Below are positions 8,018 through 18,500 of a stretch of 39,021 nt of DNA, piece by piece. Made by a program: the position numbers and the translations under genes. How positions within the stretch are numbered: the first letter of the stretch is position 1; each line of letters begins with the position of its first letter. The DNA is from a virus (taxonomy: Duplodnaviria; Caudoviricetes), in the IMG/VR virus record IMGVR_UViG_3300049828_000410, positions 1 through 39,021 of that record. One strand, written 5' to 3'. The notes under the pieces are model-generated. The model had not been told where the DNA came from. It saw only the letters and a list, made by a program, of their open reading frames with translations, and did not search any database.

Positions 8018-8890
8018 ATGTCCGAAGCTCAGGCACCTGCGCCTATTGCTACGGGGGAAGCTACGTCTTCTCCAGTTGCAGCGCCCGAAGTAGCACCATC
8101 GAAGCACCGCGTTAAGATCAACGATCAAGAGATCGAGGTCGAGTACGACGAGTTGTTGCGTGGGTATCAAAAGGGTCGTTCTGCAGACCAACGATTCCAA
8201 GAAGCCGCAAAGCTCCGCAAAGAAGCGCAAGAAGTCCAAGAGGCGTTTGCCGCAGGTGATTTCAAAGTTCTTTCGGAAAGGCTCAAAATTCCTCAGCCTC
8301 GTTTGCGCGAGATGTCTGAGAACTATTTGATTGAACTTTTAAAGTTCGACCAATTGTCAGAACCTGAAAAACGTGCGCTAATAGCAGAGCGCGAAAGAGA
8401 CGAGCTTAAGAGCGAACGCGAAGCTGAACAGCAGAAACGTTTGAAGGAAGAGTCGGCTCGAATCGCGGACCAGGCTGCGGAGTTCATAGATACCGCACTT
8501 GGTGACGCTATCAAGGCATCGGGTCAGAAGGTAACGCCGATAACCGTGGCGCGCATTGCGTCGTTCCTCCAAGCCTCCTTGTCGCAAGACGACGTGGACA
8601 TCGACGAGGGATCAGTCCGCAGTGCAGCCGAAAAAGCGGTTAAGAAGGCTTACAGCACGCTAGACGAGGAAATCCGCACTCGTTTCAGCGATATGTCAGT
8701 GGCAGACGCAAAAGCGATTCTACCCAAACGCTTGTTGGATGAATTGCGCAAGGCTTCGGTAAACGAGGTGCTTTCGCAAGACCCAACATGGTCCCGAAAA
8801 TCCCCTGAAGTGGGCGCCCCTAAGCCAAAAGCCAAGAAAATAACGTCTACCGATGAATGGTTTGCGGAAAGAGCAAAACATCTAGGTTAG
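8018..8890 (+). CDS. Capsid scaffolding protein
   Basis: KHRVKINDQEIEVEYDELLRGYQ motif and charged coiled coil; upstream of the major capsid gene. Confidence 0.82.
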   Translation: MSEAQAPAPIATGEATSSPVAAPEVAPSKHRVKINDQEIEVEYDELLRGYQKGRSADQRFQEAAKLRKEAQEVQEAFAAGDFKVLSERLKIPQPRLREMSENYLIELLKFDQLSEPEKRALIAERERDELKSEREAEQQKRLKEESARIADQAAEFIDTALGDAIKASGQKVTPITVARIASFLQASLSQDDVDIDEGSVRSAAEKAVKKAYSTLDEEIRTRFSDMSVADAKAILPKRLLDELRKASVNEVLSQDPTWSRKSPEVGAPKPKAKKITSTDEWFAERAKHLG

Positions 8891-8900
8891 GAGTTAAATC

Positions 8901-9389
8901 ATGGCCGATACATCACTGATGTATTACAGCCCGCTTTTGGGCAAGCAACAACCCCGTACCCTCGTATTCCAATTCGACATCACCGGAGCAGGCACCTTCT
9001 CCGAAGTGAATCCCCCTTTCGCTGTTCTGTCCACTGAAGTTGCTATCGCTTCTCAGGCGGTCATCGACAGCTACCTCGGCACAACCAACGAGTTTCTTGT
9101 AGCTGCATTTGATGCAACTGCAATGGGCGTTGACGCATTTGCCGTCATCGCAAACCTCGGCGGCCAAGCCTACAAGCTGCTCGCAGCTCGCGCTCGCACA
9201 GCTTCTGGTACTGGCGGTGGCACTGTCGTTAGTCGTGAAGTTGCAGCAACGTCGCTCACCGCGTCCACGCTCGCATCTGAAGCGGCTCTAGGCGCTTACG
9301 GCAACGTGGCAGCACGCTTCGTGCTCACTGGCTTGGATGCTCTGACATCTGGCCGGATCACTGTCGAACTCGACATCGTAGCAAAATAA
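8901..9389 (+). CDS. Putative capsid-associated (cement/decoration) protein
   Basis: Ala/Thr/Gly-rich beta protein between scaffold and capsid genes; AGGAG RBS. Confidence 0.5.
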   Translation: MADTSLMYYSPLLGKQQPRTLVFQFDITGAGTFSEVNPPFAVLSTEVAIASQAVIDSYLGTTNEFLVAAFDATAMGVDAFAVIANLGGQAYKLLAARARTASGTGGGTVVSREVAATSLTASTLASEAALGAYGNVAARFVLTGLDALTSGRITVELDIVAK

Positions 9390-9406
9390 GAAAGGGGTAA
9401 TGCGAT

Positions 9407-10726
9407 ATGGCATCTGTATCCAATAGCGCCGTCATTGAAATTTTCAAGCGCGTTTACGGCAATATGTCTGACCTTGTGCCCGAAGATTACATGCTGTCGA
9501 GAGACATTCCATGGTCTGAGAAGCAAAAAGTCGGTGAAAAGTACATTGAAGCCGTGGCACTAACCAACGAAGCAGGCATCAGCTATGGTGGCTCAGGCCA
9601 AGACGCTTTTGAGTTCACTCCTCCAGTTGCCGGCTCTGTCCGCCAAGCTGAAGTGGCTCCCTACATCACCGTTCTTTCCTCGCTCGTTCCTTTCGGCACG
9701 ATCAGCCGTTCGGCAGGCAGCGGCGACAAAGCGTTCTACGAAGCGACCAAGTGGATCGTTCGTAATAACGTTAAGTCACACGGCAAGTTCAAGGAAATCG
9801 ATAAGATTTACGGCCAAGCTGACGCTCAGCTAGGATACGTTTCTTACGCGACCGCGACCTACCGTGGCGTTGCTTTCGTTAACGGAACCGGTACGCTGAA
9901 CGGCATCTCGTTCACCAACGGTATCAACGCAGCCAGCAAGTACATCTTGCTTGCTCCTGGGCAATTCGCCGCTGGTATCTGGGTCGGTTTGGAAGGTGTT
10001 CGCATCAACCAAATCAACGCATCTGGCGTGATCGTTGCTGCTGGTACGCTCGTTAGCGTCAACGCTAAGTACGGCTACCTGCAAGTTGACTTCACTCCTG
10101 TTGCAGCATCCAGCACCACTTCACATCGCGTTTGCTTCGACGGAATGCAAAACAACTTGAACATGCCTGGTCTGAATAAAATCATGACCACGTCTGGATC
10201 GTTGTTCGGCATCCCAACTGCAAACTACGCTCTGTGGCGCGGTAACCAAGCTGTTCTCTCCAACGTCAAGCTAACCCTTGGCCGCGTAGAAGACATCTTG
10301 GCTGATGCAGTCAATGCAGGCGGTCTTGAAGGCGACGTCACCATGTACTGTAACCCACGCAGCTGGGCTACCATGGCGACCACTGAAGCTGGCCTCCGCG
10401 TGTATGATTCTTCATACAAGCCAAGCAAGGCTCAGAACGGCTTCGAAGATCTCGAGTTCTTCAGCCAGACTGGTAAAATCACGGTGAAGGCACATCGCTT
10501 TGTAAAAGAAGGCGAAGCTTACATCTTGCACTTGCCGGATTGGAGCTGCTCGGGCTCTGCGCAAATCGGTTTCAACGTGCCTGGTATCGACGACGGTAAA
10601 TTGATTTACCCACTCGAAAACCAAGCAGCATATGCATTTCGTTCATTCGCCGACATGTACTTGTTCTGCCACGCTCCTGCGCGGTCGATCATAGTCACGG
10701 GAATTAACGATGAGTCCGCAACTTAG
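9407..10726 (+). CDS. Major capsid protein (HK97 fold, with a beta-rich insertion)
   Basis: 439 aa; IFKRVYG start, ITVKAHRFVKEGEAYIL and FRSFADMYLFCHAPARSIIVTGI end; strongly biased codons; followed by a hairpin. Confidence 0.85.
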   Translation: MASVSNSAVIEIFKRVYGNMSDLVPEDYMLSRDIPWSEKQKVGEKYIEAVALTNEAGISYGGSGQDAFEFTPPVAGSVRQAEVAPYITVLSSLVPFGTISRSAGSGDKAFYEATKWIVRNNVKSHGKFKEIDKIYGQADAQLGYVSYATATYRGVAFVNGTGTLNGISFTNGINAASKYILLAPGQFAAGIWVGLEGVRINQINASGVIVAAGTLVSVNAKYGYLQVDFTPVAASSTTSHRVCFDGMQNNLNMPGLNKIMTTSGSLFGIPTANYALWRGNQAVLSNVKLTLGRVEDILADAVNAGGLEGDVTMYCNPRSWATMATTEAGLRVYDSSYKPSKAQNGFEDLEFFSQTGKITVKAHRFVKEGEAYILHLPDWSCSGSAQIGFNVPGIDDGKLIYPLENQAAYAFRSFADMYLFCHAPARSIIVTGINDESAT

Positions 10727-10742
10727 CGAAATGATTGAATAA

Positions 10743-10769
10743 AAGGTGGGGCCGATCAGGCCTCACCTT
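10743..10769 (+). terminator. Hairpin (partial terminator/attenuator) after the capsid gene
   Basis: AAGGTGGGGCC-GATCA-GGCCTCACCTT, 11-bp stem with a weak U tail. Confidence 0.65.
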
Positions 10770-10788
10770 CCTTACTTTAAGGGATACT

Positions 10789-13710
10789 ATGTCTACAGCA
10801 ATTACTTGGAATGGTGTCGCGTACTCTGTGCCTGCGAGCGGTGAAGTTGGTTGGGCAAACCTGTCGAACTTCCTCATTGCGCTAGGTAACTCAGCGCAGG
10901 CGACAACATTTCAGAAGGTGGGCACGCGCATTGCGACCACTACGCCGGTAACGGTTGTAGCGGCCACAGATTGCACTGTGATCATCAATCTCGCTGTGGC
11001 AGGGCCTGTGGCAGTCAACTTGCCAGCGGGCGTTGACGGGCAGTTTTTCGCGATTGTAGACGGTAAAGGCGACGCGGCTACCAACAACATCACGATCACG
11101 CCATTTGGTGCTGAGACGATCAACGGCGCGGCGACGCTAGTCATCAACAGCGCAAGAGGGGCTGCAATCTTCGTCTTCAAGACGGGGAATTGGTCGGTTA
11201 TCTCTCGTCCATCGGTGACGCTTCCGTCCGGCGCAGTTACGCAAGATGCAGTTGCCTTGTGGAACTCAGACGGCTCTTTGCGCAATTCAAAGCTTGCGGT
11301 CGATGATACAGGAGCGACAGCAGCAACACTTACAACAATTGATGTTAATCAAACAGCAAACCGCACGATCACAATCCAAGACGCGACGCAAACCCTAGTT
11401 GGGCGTGACACGCCTGATCAGGGCGCAAATCGTCTGACAAATAAGGATTTGGACGATGCCACTAGCAAGGTTGTTGATAGCTCTGATACGACTAAAAAGC
11501 TCGCTTTCGACGTTGCGGGGACTACGGGAACTACACAGACAGTGGCGACGTCCCAAACCGCCAACCGCACCCTGACATTGCCGGATGCGACGGACACCTT
11601 GGTAGGCCGAGCCACCACGGATGCCTTGACCAACAAGGACTATGACGGCGGCACGGCAAGCAACACGTCGCGTCTCACAGTTCCAAAAGCTGCGACGGCC
11701 ACGCTGAATGCATTGACTCGCAAAGAGGCTACGCTTGTCTATGACGACACGCTGAACCAGCTCAAGATCGACGACGGCTCGACCCTTAATGCAATTGGCG
11801 GGGGTTCTGGCGAGTTAAACTTTGTCGATAATCCTAACGACGTAGGCAACTGGTCCACAACGGGCGCAAACGGTCCCACAGGTGCCACAACCACAACGGC
11901 TGGGGACTTGCCCCTCGAGAACTTCTCGACGGCGATACAGCTAACATCGACGACCGCAGCGGGTGCGGAGGCAAGTAACTACTTCAGCTACTCGTTTACC
12001 ACGGGCGCTTCGCAGGCCGTTAAGACCAAGGTGGAGTTTTGGCTTAGAACCGGCTCTAACTTTATTTCGAGTGAGTGGACCGTCAGCGTTTACGCGGGCG
12101 CGACTCGCCAAGCTCTCTCTACCGACTCTTCGGGGGTAACATACATCCCCGCGGCAAACGGCAAGTTCACGACGACATTCGATGCAGTGGCTTCCACGGC
12201 TTATACCGTGCGGTTCTCGCGCCCTGTGAATGCAGGCACGAACGCGGCGGTGCTGAACATTGCGAACGTGATTGTGGGACCTGGGATTCAGCCGCAAGGT
12301 GCGGTGGTTAGCGGGTCTCAAAGCTTTACGCCAACAGCTTCCAATTTTACAGCGTCGAGTTTAACAGGTTATTACGAAAGATTTGGGCGCATCGCTAATG
12401 GTCGAGTTCGGGCTGTACTGACGGGTATTACTGGCGCTATCGGGGTAAATATTAGCGCTATCGGGACAGTAGATACAACCGCACTTCCTAGCGCTGAACT
12501 GGGGGCGTTTTATTGGAAAGGTGTGGTGTACGACGCGAGCGCGAATAAATCCTATATTATTCACGGATATTTAGCATCGACCACACGGATAGAGTTTTAT
12601 TGGGAGAACGGTGCGGCGGTTGGTAGCGGAGCGGGCCCAATAATCACACTCGCTAGTGGAGATACCATAGATATCGTATTCCAAGTCCCCATCGCCGAGT
12701 GGGCGGGTTCCGGCACGGTGAACCTGGCGCAGAATGATGTGCAGTATGCGTTTAATACATCTTCGAGCACTACTGCTTCGGATACCACTAGCTTTGGTTA
12801 CGGCTCCTCTGGCGCTCTAATTCGGGCGATTACAGCCACAATATCAAGAAGAGTGAGATTCCAGACTCCGATTCAGGCTAACGAGTCTGTTTGGGTAGAA
12901 ATCATGGACCCACGAACAGGAGTGTGGACGCCTCTAGGTGGTGGGGCGGCGTCTCAGAATTTCGATGCGTCTGTAATACCATGGACTGTACAGAACGGAG
13001 TTCAGTACGGAATGGGGAGAATCGCTCCGTTCAGTAGCACTGACGTAGACGTTTACTTCGGTCAATATCCATTAGCATCTGGACCGACATTCGGATCGGC
13101 GTCGTCCGCATGGGGCTCAGCGGCAGGAAATGCTGGCAGCATGTATTGGCGCGTCGCTAAAGCAGTCACAGGCCAAGCCGTCGGCTTCGGCGAAGTGGTC
13201 CCCGGCACTAGCGCGGGCTTGGTGAGTGCGAGCGGGTTGAAGGGCACTACAAGTGGCAATGCGATTGCAAGTGGATATGTTGGGGAGAAAATTTCTTCTG
13301 GGACTCTTTCCACAACACAAACCACTACTGCAAACGTTGCTGTAGATGTCACGGGGGCCTCGATAACCCTTACGCCTGGTAAATGGATAATTCACCTAAG
13401 CACCACAATACGGATGCGTAATGTGAGCGGGGCAATTACGGATATTGCTGGAGCACTCCAATTAATTGAAGGAGCAAGTACTTTCGCAGGTGGCTTGTGC
13501 ATACATAGCCAGGGTTCCGCGCAGATCAACTATGACGGTTCCGTCCCAGCAGCAATGGCGGTCGAGGTAAACATCTCCACATCGAAGACGTATAAGATAC
13601 AAGTCGTAAACACTAAATCTAGTGCCTCATCTATTGCATATTTCCTAGTTGATAACGGCACGTTCACTAACAATATCGCATCTCTTTTCTACGCAGTCAG
13701 AATCGCATAA
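10789..13710 (+). CDS. Tail fibre / receptor-binding protein (start revised to ATG 10789)
   Basis: Thr/Ala/Gly-rich; VNLPAG..GQFFAIVDGKGDAATNNITI...ETING module, TANRTLTLPDATDTLVGR repeats, SGYVGE..LTPGKWII C-terminal module; AAGGG RBS. Confidence 0.82.
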   Translation: MSTAITWNGVAYSVPASGEVGWANLSNFLIALGNSAQATTFQKVGTRIATTTPVTVVAATDCTVIINLAVAGPVAVNLPAGVDGQFFAIVDGKGDAATNNITITPFGAETINGAATLVINSARGAAIFVFKTGNWSVISRPSVTLPSGAVTQDAVALWNSDGSLRNSKLAVDDTGATAATLTTIDVNQTANRTITIQDATQTLVGRDTPDQGANRLTNKDLDDATSKVVDSSDTTKKLAFDVAGTTGTTQTVATSQTANRTLTLPDATDTLVGRATTDALTNKDYDGGTASNTSRLTVPKAATATLNALTRKEATLVYDDTLNQLKIDDGSTLNAIGGGSGELNFVDNPNDVGNWSTTGANGPTGATTTTAGDLPLENFSTAIQLTSTTAAGAEASNYFSYSFTTGASQAVKTKVEFWLRTGSNFISSEWTVSVYAGATRQALSTDSSGVTYIPAANGKFTTTFDAVASTAYTVRFSRPVNAGTNAAVLNIANVIVGPGIQPQGAVVSGSQSFTPTASNFTASSLTGYYERFGRIANGRVRAVLTGITGAIGVNISAIGTVDTTALPSAELGAFYWKGVVYDASANKSYIIHGYLASTTRIEFYWENGAAVGSGAGPIITLASGDTIDIVFQVPIAEWAGSGTVNLAQNDVQYAFNTSSSTTASDTTSFGYGSSGALIRAITATISRRVRFQTPIQANESVWVEIMDPRTGVWTPLGGGAASQNFDASVIPWTVQNGVQYGMGRIAPFSSTDVDVYFGQYPLASGPTFGSASSAWGSAAGNAGSMYWRVAKAVTGQAVGFGEVVPGTSAGLVSASGLKGTTSGNAIASGYVGEKISSGTLSTTQTTTANVAVDVTGASITLTPGKWIIHLSTTIRMRNVSGAITDIAGALQLIEGASTFAGGLCIHSQGSAQINYDGSVPAAMAVEVNISTSKTYKIQVVNTKSSASSIAYFLVDNGTFTNNIASLFYAVRIA

Positions 13711-13719
13711 GGGGTTTCT

Positions 13720-13983
13720 ATGCACGGCATCAAAGAAACGATGGAAGCAGTCAAGCTAGTCGAGAAAGTCGCCGACGCTATCGCAGCCGCTAAGGCCGAT
13801 GGCTCGATCGACTGGAAAGACCTCTCAAAGCTCGGCCCCGTGGTCGTGGCTATGAAGGACGCTGTAGCAGGCGGCCAGCTGCTCCAAGCTGAGCTCAAGG
13901 ACCTTGACGCAGGCGAAACTCAATTGCTTTTCGAGGCAATCGTAGGCGCGACAGGCAAGTTGATTTCCGCTATCATCGTGTAA
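13720..13983 (+). CDS. Small helical hypothetical protein
   Basis: AGGGG RBS; HGIKETMEAV, ADGSIDWKDL, ELKDLDAGE. Confidence 0.65.
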   Translation: MHGIKETMEAVKLVEKVADAIAAAKADGSIDWKDLSKLGPVVVAMKDAVAGGQLLQAELKDLDAGETQLLFEAIVGATGKLISAIIV

Positions 13984-14050
13984 TCAAAGTACATAGGCGA
14001 CTACCGCTCGGGCGATGTCTCCAAGCTGCAAAAGCGGTTTAGGGGGCATT

Positions 14051-14371
14051 ATGTTTTCAGAGCGCAAACTTGAAAGCCTTCTAATCTCAGCGCTGACCGC
14101 GATGGTCGCTTTTGCTGTTAGTTTTCTGAAGGAAATGACGAACAGCGTCGAAAGCCTCAATCAGAAAATCATTTTGGTTGTGGAGCGAATGGCACGTAAC
14201 GACGCCCAAGCGATCGATCACGAGCAACGGTTACGCAAGATAGAAGGAGGCTTTTATGGACCAAGGTTTTTGCCGAGGCGGTTCCAAGATGGGGCCGGCA
14301 GAGAAGCAGGCGGCGATCGCGTCCCTCAAGGAATTGATCGCTCAAATGCAAGGGAAGATGGCGGAAGGTGA
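14051..14371 (+). CDS. Holin-like membrane protein (one TM helix plus coiled coil)
   Basis: TM LLISALTAMVAFAVSFL followed by DHEQRLRKIE; AGGGGG RBS before ATG 14051. Confidence 0.5.
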   Translation: MFSERKLESLLISALTAMVAFAVSFLKEMTNSVESLNQKIILVVERMARNDAQAIDHEQRLRKIEGGFYGPRFLPRRFQDGAGREAGGDRVPQGIDRSNAREDGGR

Positions 14372-14600
14372 TGGCGAGAAGGAAATGTCTGAGGACGCTC
14401 TTTCTGAAGCTATCGAAGAAGCCACCGAAGGATCTTCGGAAGAAGAATCTCCCAAAATGGCGATGAGCGAAGAAGCTCAGATGATGAACGAGGACATGAA
14501 AAACATGCTCTCAGGCCGCAAGGGACCGCCATCCCGCGCCAAGATGTCCGCAGTAGCGATTCAGGTGAAAAAACCAGGGAAGAAATTCGGTAAGGCATAA
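14256..14600 (+). CDS. Acidic low-complexity hypothetical protein
   Basis: AGGAGG RBS; Glu/Met-rich middle, basic C-terminus; ends 2 nt before the adaptor gene. Confidence 0.65.
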   Translation: MDQGFCRGGSKMGPAEKQAAIASLKELIAQMQGKMAEGDGEKEMSEDALSEAIEEATEGSSEEESPKMAMSEEAQMMNEDMKNMLSGRKGPPSRAKMSAVAIQVKKPGKKFGKA

Positions 14601-14602
14601 CC

Positions 14603-15529
14603 ATGGCTGTTACTGTCGATAGCTTTCTTGAAGAAGTGAAGCGTTTGATTACGGTTCCGGCCAATCAAGCGTTGATGAACGATAGCCAATTGCTCCTCAT
14701 GGGCGATGAGGCGTCGCAGTCCTACGTCGTCCCTTTACTCATGTCGCTCAGACAAGAGTATTTTGTCACAAGCTACACCCAGGCTGTGACATCAGGGGTA
14801 TCGACCTATCCGATTCCGTCTCGTTCCGTAGCAAGGACGCTACGAGAGCTAAAATACGTGCTGACTGGCGCTCGCAAGCAAAACCTTGCGCAAATTGCCT
14901 TAGAAGACACGCAGCTTTGGCCTAACGACGGCACGGTTTCAGGGTACCACTTCAAGGGCGATAAGATTGTATTGGTTGGCGTCCCCAACGTTAGTACGTC
15001 ATCCCTTGAAATCTGGTATTACCTGCAACCGTCAAAGCTTGTGAAGCTGTCAGAAGCTGCCAAGGTCGTATCGGTCGCTGCCGATGTCGTGACGGTGGAA
15101 TCTGTCCCAAGCACATTCGCAGCCGGAGTCATCGTAGACTTCGTGCAAGGCATCAGCGGCAATTCAAACCTTGGCATGGACCTCGCGATCACCTCCGTAG
15201 CGGGTACCCAGGTGACGTTTGGCGCGGGTGTTGTGCCGACAGATCTAGTGGCCGGTGACTACATCGCATTGGCGGGTCAAACCCCAGTCGTGCAAATCCC
15301 TACAGAGGGTGTGCCCTACCTCACCACCAAGACTTGCGTTCGTATCCTGAATGCAATCGGTGACTTTGAGGGTATGGCGAAGCTTGAAGAGCTAGCGAGC
15401 CAGCAAGAGAAGACGCTTAAGATAATCACGGAACCAAGGAACTCAGGCGAGAACGAGAAAGTGGTGCCTCGCTGGGGCCTCTTGCGCCAAGGGCGTTCAA
15501 CGTTCCGTCGCGGATTCTGGGGAGCTTAA
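14603..15529 (+). CDS. Head-tail adaptor (tail tubular protein A-like)
   Basis: TVDSFLEEVKRLI, VTSGVSTYPIPS, LEIWYYLQPSKL; directly upstream of the nozzle-like gene. Confidence 0.65.
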   Translation: MAVTVDSFLEEVKRLITVPANQALMNDSQLLLMGDEASQSYVVPLLMSLRQEYFVTSYTQAVTSGVSTYPIPSRSVARTLRELKYVLTGARKQNLAQIALEDTQLWPNDGTVSGYHFKGDKIVLVGVPNVSTSSLEIWYYLQPSKLVKLSEAAKVVSVAADVVTVESVPSTFAAGVIVDFVQGISGNSNLGMDLAITSVAGTQVTFGAGVVPTDLVAGDYIALAGQTPVVQIPTEGVPYLTTKTCVRILNAIGDFEGMAKLEELASQQEKTLKIITEPRNSGENEKVVPRWGLLRQGRSTFRRGFWGA

Positions 15530-18500
15530 TGGCTTACCAATATCCTGAAATACGCAGCTTCAAAGGCCTCTTCGTACAGGCCAACAGCTTCACCGTGCCG
15601 GATGGTGCGATGGAAGAGGCTGAGAACGTCGTCATCGTGCAAGACAACACGATCACCAAGTTGCGCGGACGATACGAATACTTCGATGCAGCTCTGTCTA
15701 CGCTGAACAATCTATTCACATTCCAATCAAAGCTCTTGGCGCTATTCGCCACTAAAATATCCTACTTCACAGACGCCGGCACATCGCCAAACTTCACGGG
15801 CTCTGAGACGGTACTGACGGGCGAGACGGTAGCAGTAACCGCACCTCGAGTAGGCCGGTCATCGGAAGCCAACGGAAACCTCTATTTCACCACCGACAAC
15901 GGTGTTCTGAAGCTTGAGGCCTACAACTCGGTTGTAAGGACAGCGGGCGTACCTCCCGGCCTAGATATCCAAGGCACCTTCCTCCAGCAGAACGGGGCTT
16001 TTCCGGGCGGCACAGCAGCGGCTTACCGGGTTCTCTTTGGCAGGCGCGATAATAACCAAAATCTCTTGCTCTCAGCTCCCGGCGACAGCGTCACACTGAC
16101 GAATGCGACGGACGTGGGCGTTTCTTGGTCTCGGACGACTGGCGTCGTTACGATGACGACCACAAACCCGCATTATTTAAGCACCGGGATGGTGGTGAAC
16201 GTCTCAGCGTCAACGGGAACGCATCCGATCGTCACCGGACCCTACGTAATCACCGTCACGGGCTCGACCACCTTCACATTCACTGACGGCCTGACAAATG
16301 ACGGTCCGCATACGGCTGATTACAATGCCTCACGCATTGCGCGCCTAGAGTTCTCGATCCCATCTGAAATCAACACATCCACAGACGGGTATTTCTACCA
16401 GATCTACCGCACGGACTTTGAAGCGACGACGCCCTTCCCCAATTACAAGATTCTCGAGGAAGTTCCGCTCACCGCATCCGATATCACAGACGGCGTGGTG
16501 TTCTACGACGACGATATCGACGAATCGCTGCTAACGGGAGCGGCTCAGCTCTATACTAACCCGAATAGCCGGGAAGGCGAGCTGCAAGCCAATACCAGGC
16601 CACCTAAGTGCGATGATATTACGACTTATCGCAACTGCGCCATTTACGCGAACTGCACAATCCGCAATTATTTAGATCTCTCGCTTATATCTACGACGGG
16701 TGCGGTAAGTGGCGATTTCTTCGAAGTCCAAGTTGGAACGGTTGTCAGACGCTATATCGCGCGAACCGGGGTTGGTAATCAGAACACGACGAGTGAATCT
16801 GCGTCTTTCGTCTCTACAACAATCACGGTCAATTACACTGCCCACGGGCTTGCGGTGGGAGATTCAATCCTCGTCTCGAATGCCGTGGGAACAGGGACAC
16901 TCCCCGATGGAACGTACACGGTCGCAACGTCGGCAGCGAATAGCTTCACATTTATTGCAGCGTCGGCCCCAACGACGTTAACGTTCCTCGACTTCCAAGG
17001 TGTAGCCACAAGAACCGCAGCGGTCACCGGCCTAGCATGGACGCGCGCATCGAACGTAGTAACAATTACGAGCGCAGCGCACGGCTTATCAACGGGAATG
17101 CAGGTTTATGTTTCTAACTCTGCCGGCGGTACACCAAACGTAGCCTCCGGAACGTATACCATCACGGTCACCGGGGTGAACACTTTCACCATCCCAGAGA
17201 CGGCTGCCGCTTCTTCAGGCACTTTGGACTACCAATTCTTCGGCGGGATGTTCCAACTCGATACGGCGAGCTCTTTAGTCACCGCACGGATACGCAATAC
17301 AGCCCAGGGCCTCGTAAAGGCCTCTAATCGCGACGTGAGCGCGTTAGTGTATGCGGCCTATACCTCGGGTATCACCGACACGCCCGGAAAGATGAGATTT
17401 AGCGCAAAAGGGTTCACTGGAACCATCTCGGTGCGCGCAAATTCATCACTTGTCGGGGAACTCTTCAGCCCGACCATCCCTTCATCATTTTCGAGTGGCA
17501 CCCAAGTCTCATCACTCACTGACACATCCGAGAATGTTTTCTACTCGTCCAAGGTGCAAGAGCCTGAGGCTGTTCCAATCGTTAACTCGTTCACGGTTGG
17601 TATCAAGTCCAAGAAAATCTTGCGCATGGTCGCCCTACGCGATTCCGTCATCATAATAAAGGAAGACGGCGTCTTTAGATTGAATGGTGACACGCCATTA
17701 AATTTTGACGTCACCGCACTCGATCAAACAATCTTTTGCGTATCCGCAAGTTCAGTCGCTGCAATCAATAACCAAGTCGTATTCCTCTCGAACCAAGGCT
17801 TGGTGATCTGCACCGAATCCACTGTGACGATCATTTCCCGGACGATCGAACTACTCATCAACCCTATCGTCGGCAAGCCTTTGATCGGCACTGTGACCGG
17901 CGCGTGCGGTTACGAGTCTGATAGAACCTATAGAATAACGACGATCGGACCTAACGATACCAATGCAACAGAATGTTATATTTATAACGTTCTAAACGAC
18001 ACGTGGACCACATCTAGCTTCTTGTTCACGCAAGCCATCGTTGGTCCTTCAGACACGTTGTTCATGATTGGCACGGACAACATCATCTACAAAGAACGCA
18101 AGAATCAAAACCGCATCGACTACTGCGGGCAGAACGCTGCGACAACGGTCGTTTCGGTTGGTTCGGACTTGATGTCTGTGGTGCTGAATAGCCCCGCGCA
18201 AGTTCCAGTGCATGGCGACGTGCTTGAGCACGATTCTACATTTGACCGAATCGATACGGTTGTCGTCAACGGCGCAAACTACGACATTACGTTCAAGCGC
18301 GCTACCAGCTTGGTGCCTGGCGATACGCCGACGCTCTATGCGTCATACGAGTCGCTAATCAAGATGGCCCCGTTCCATGCGGGTGTGGTCGGGCGTTCCA
18401 AGCAATTTGCACAGACACAGCTTCATTTGAGAGCGCCGCAGATCTCTGAATTAGAGATCAGCTACGCGGGTGGATACCTATCCAACTCGGAATCGGTGAT

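Noticed and set aside
10735-10788. N-terminal extension of the tail fibre in the ORF track
   Set aside because: It spans the post-capsid hairpin; ATG 10789 has the RBS.
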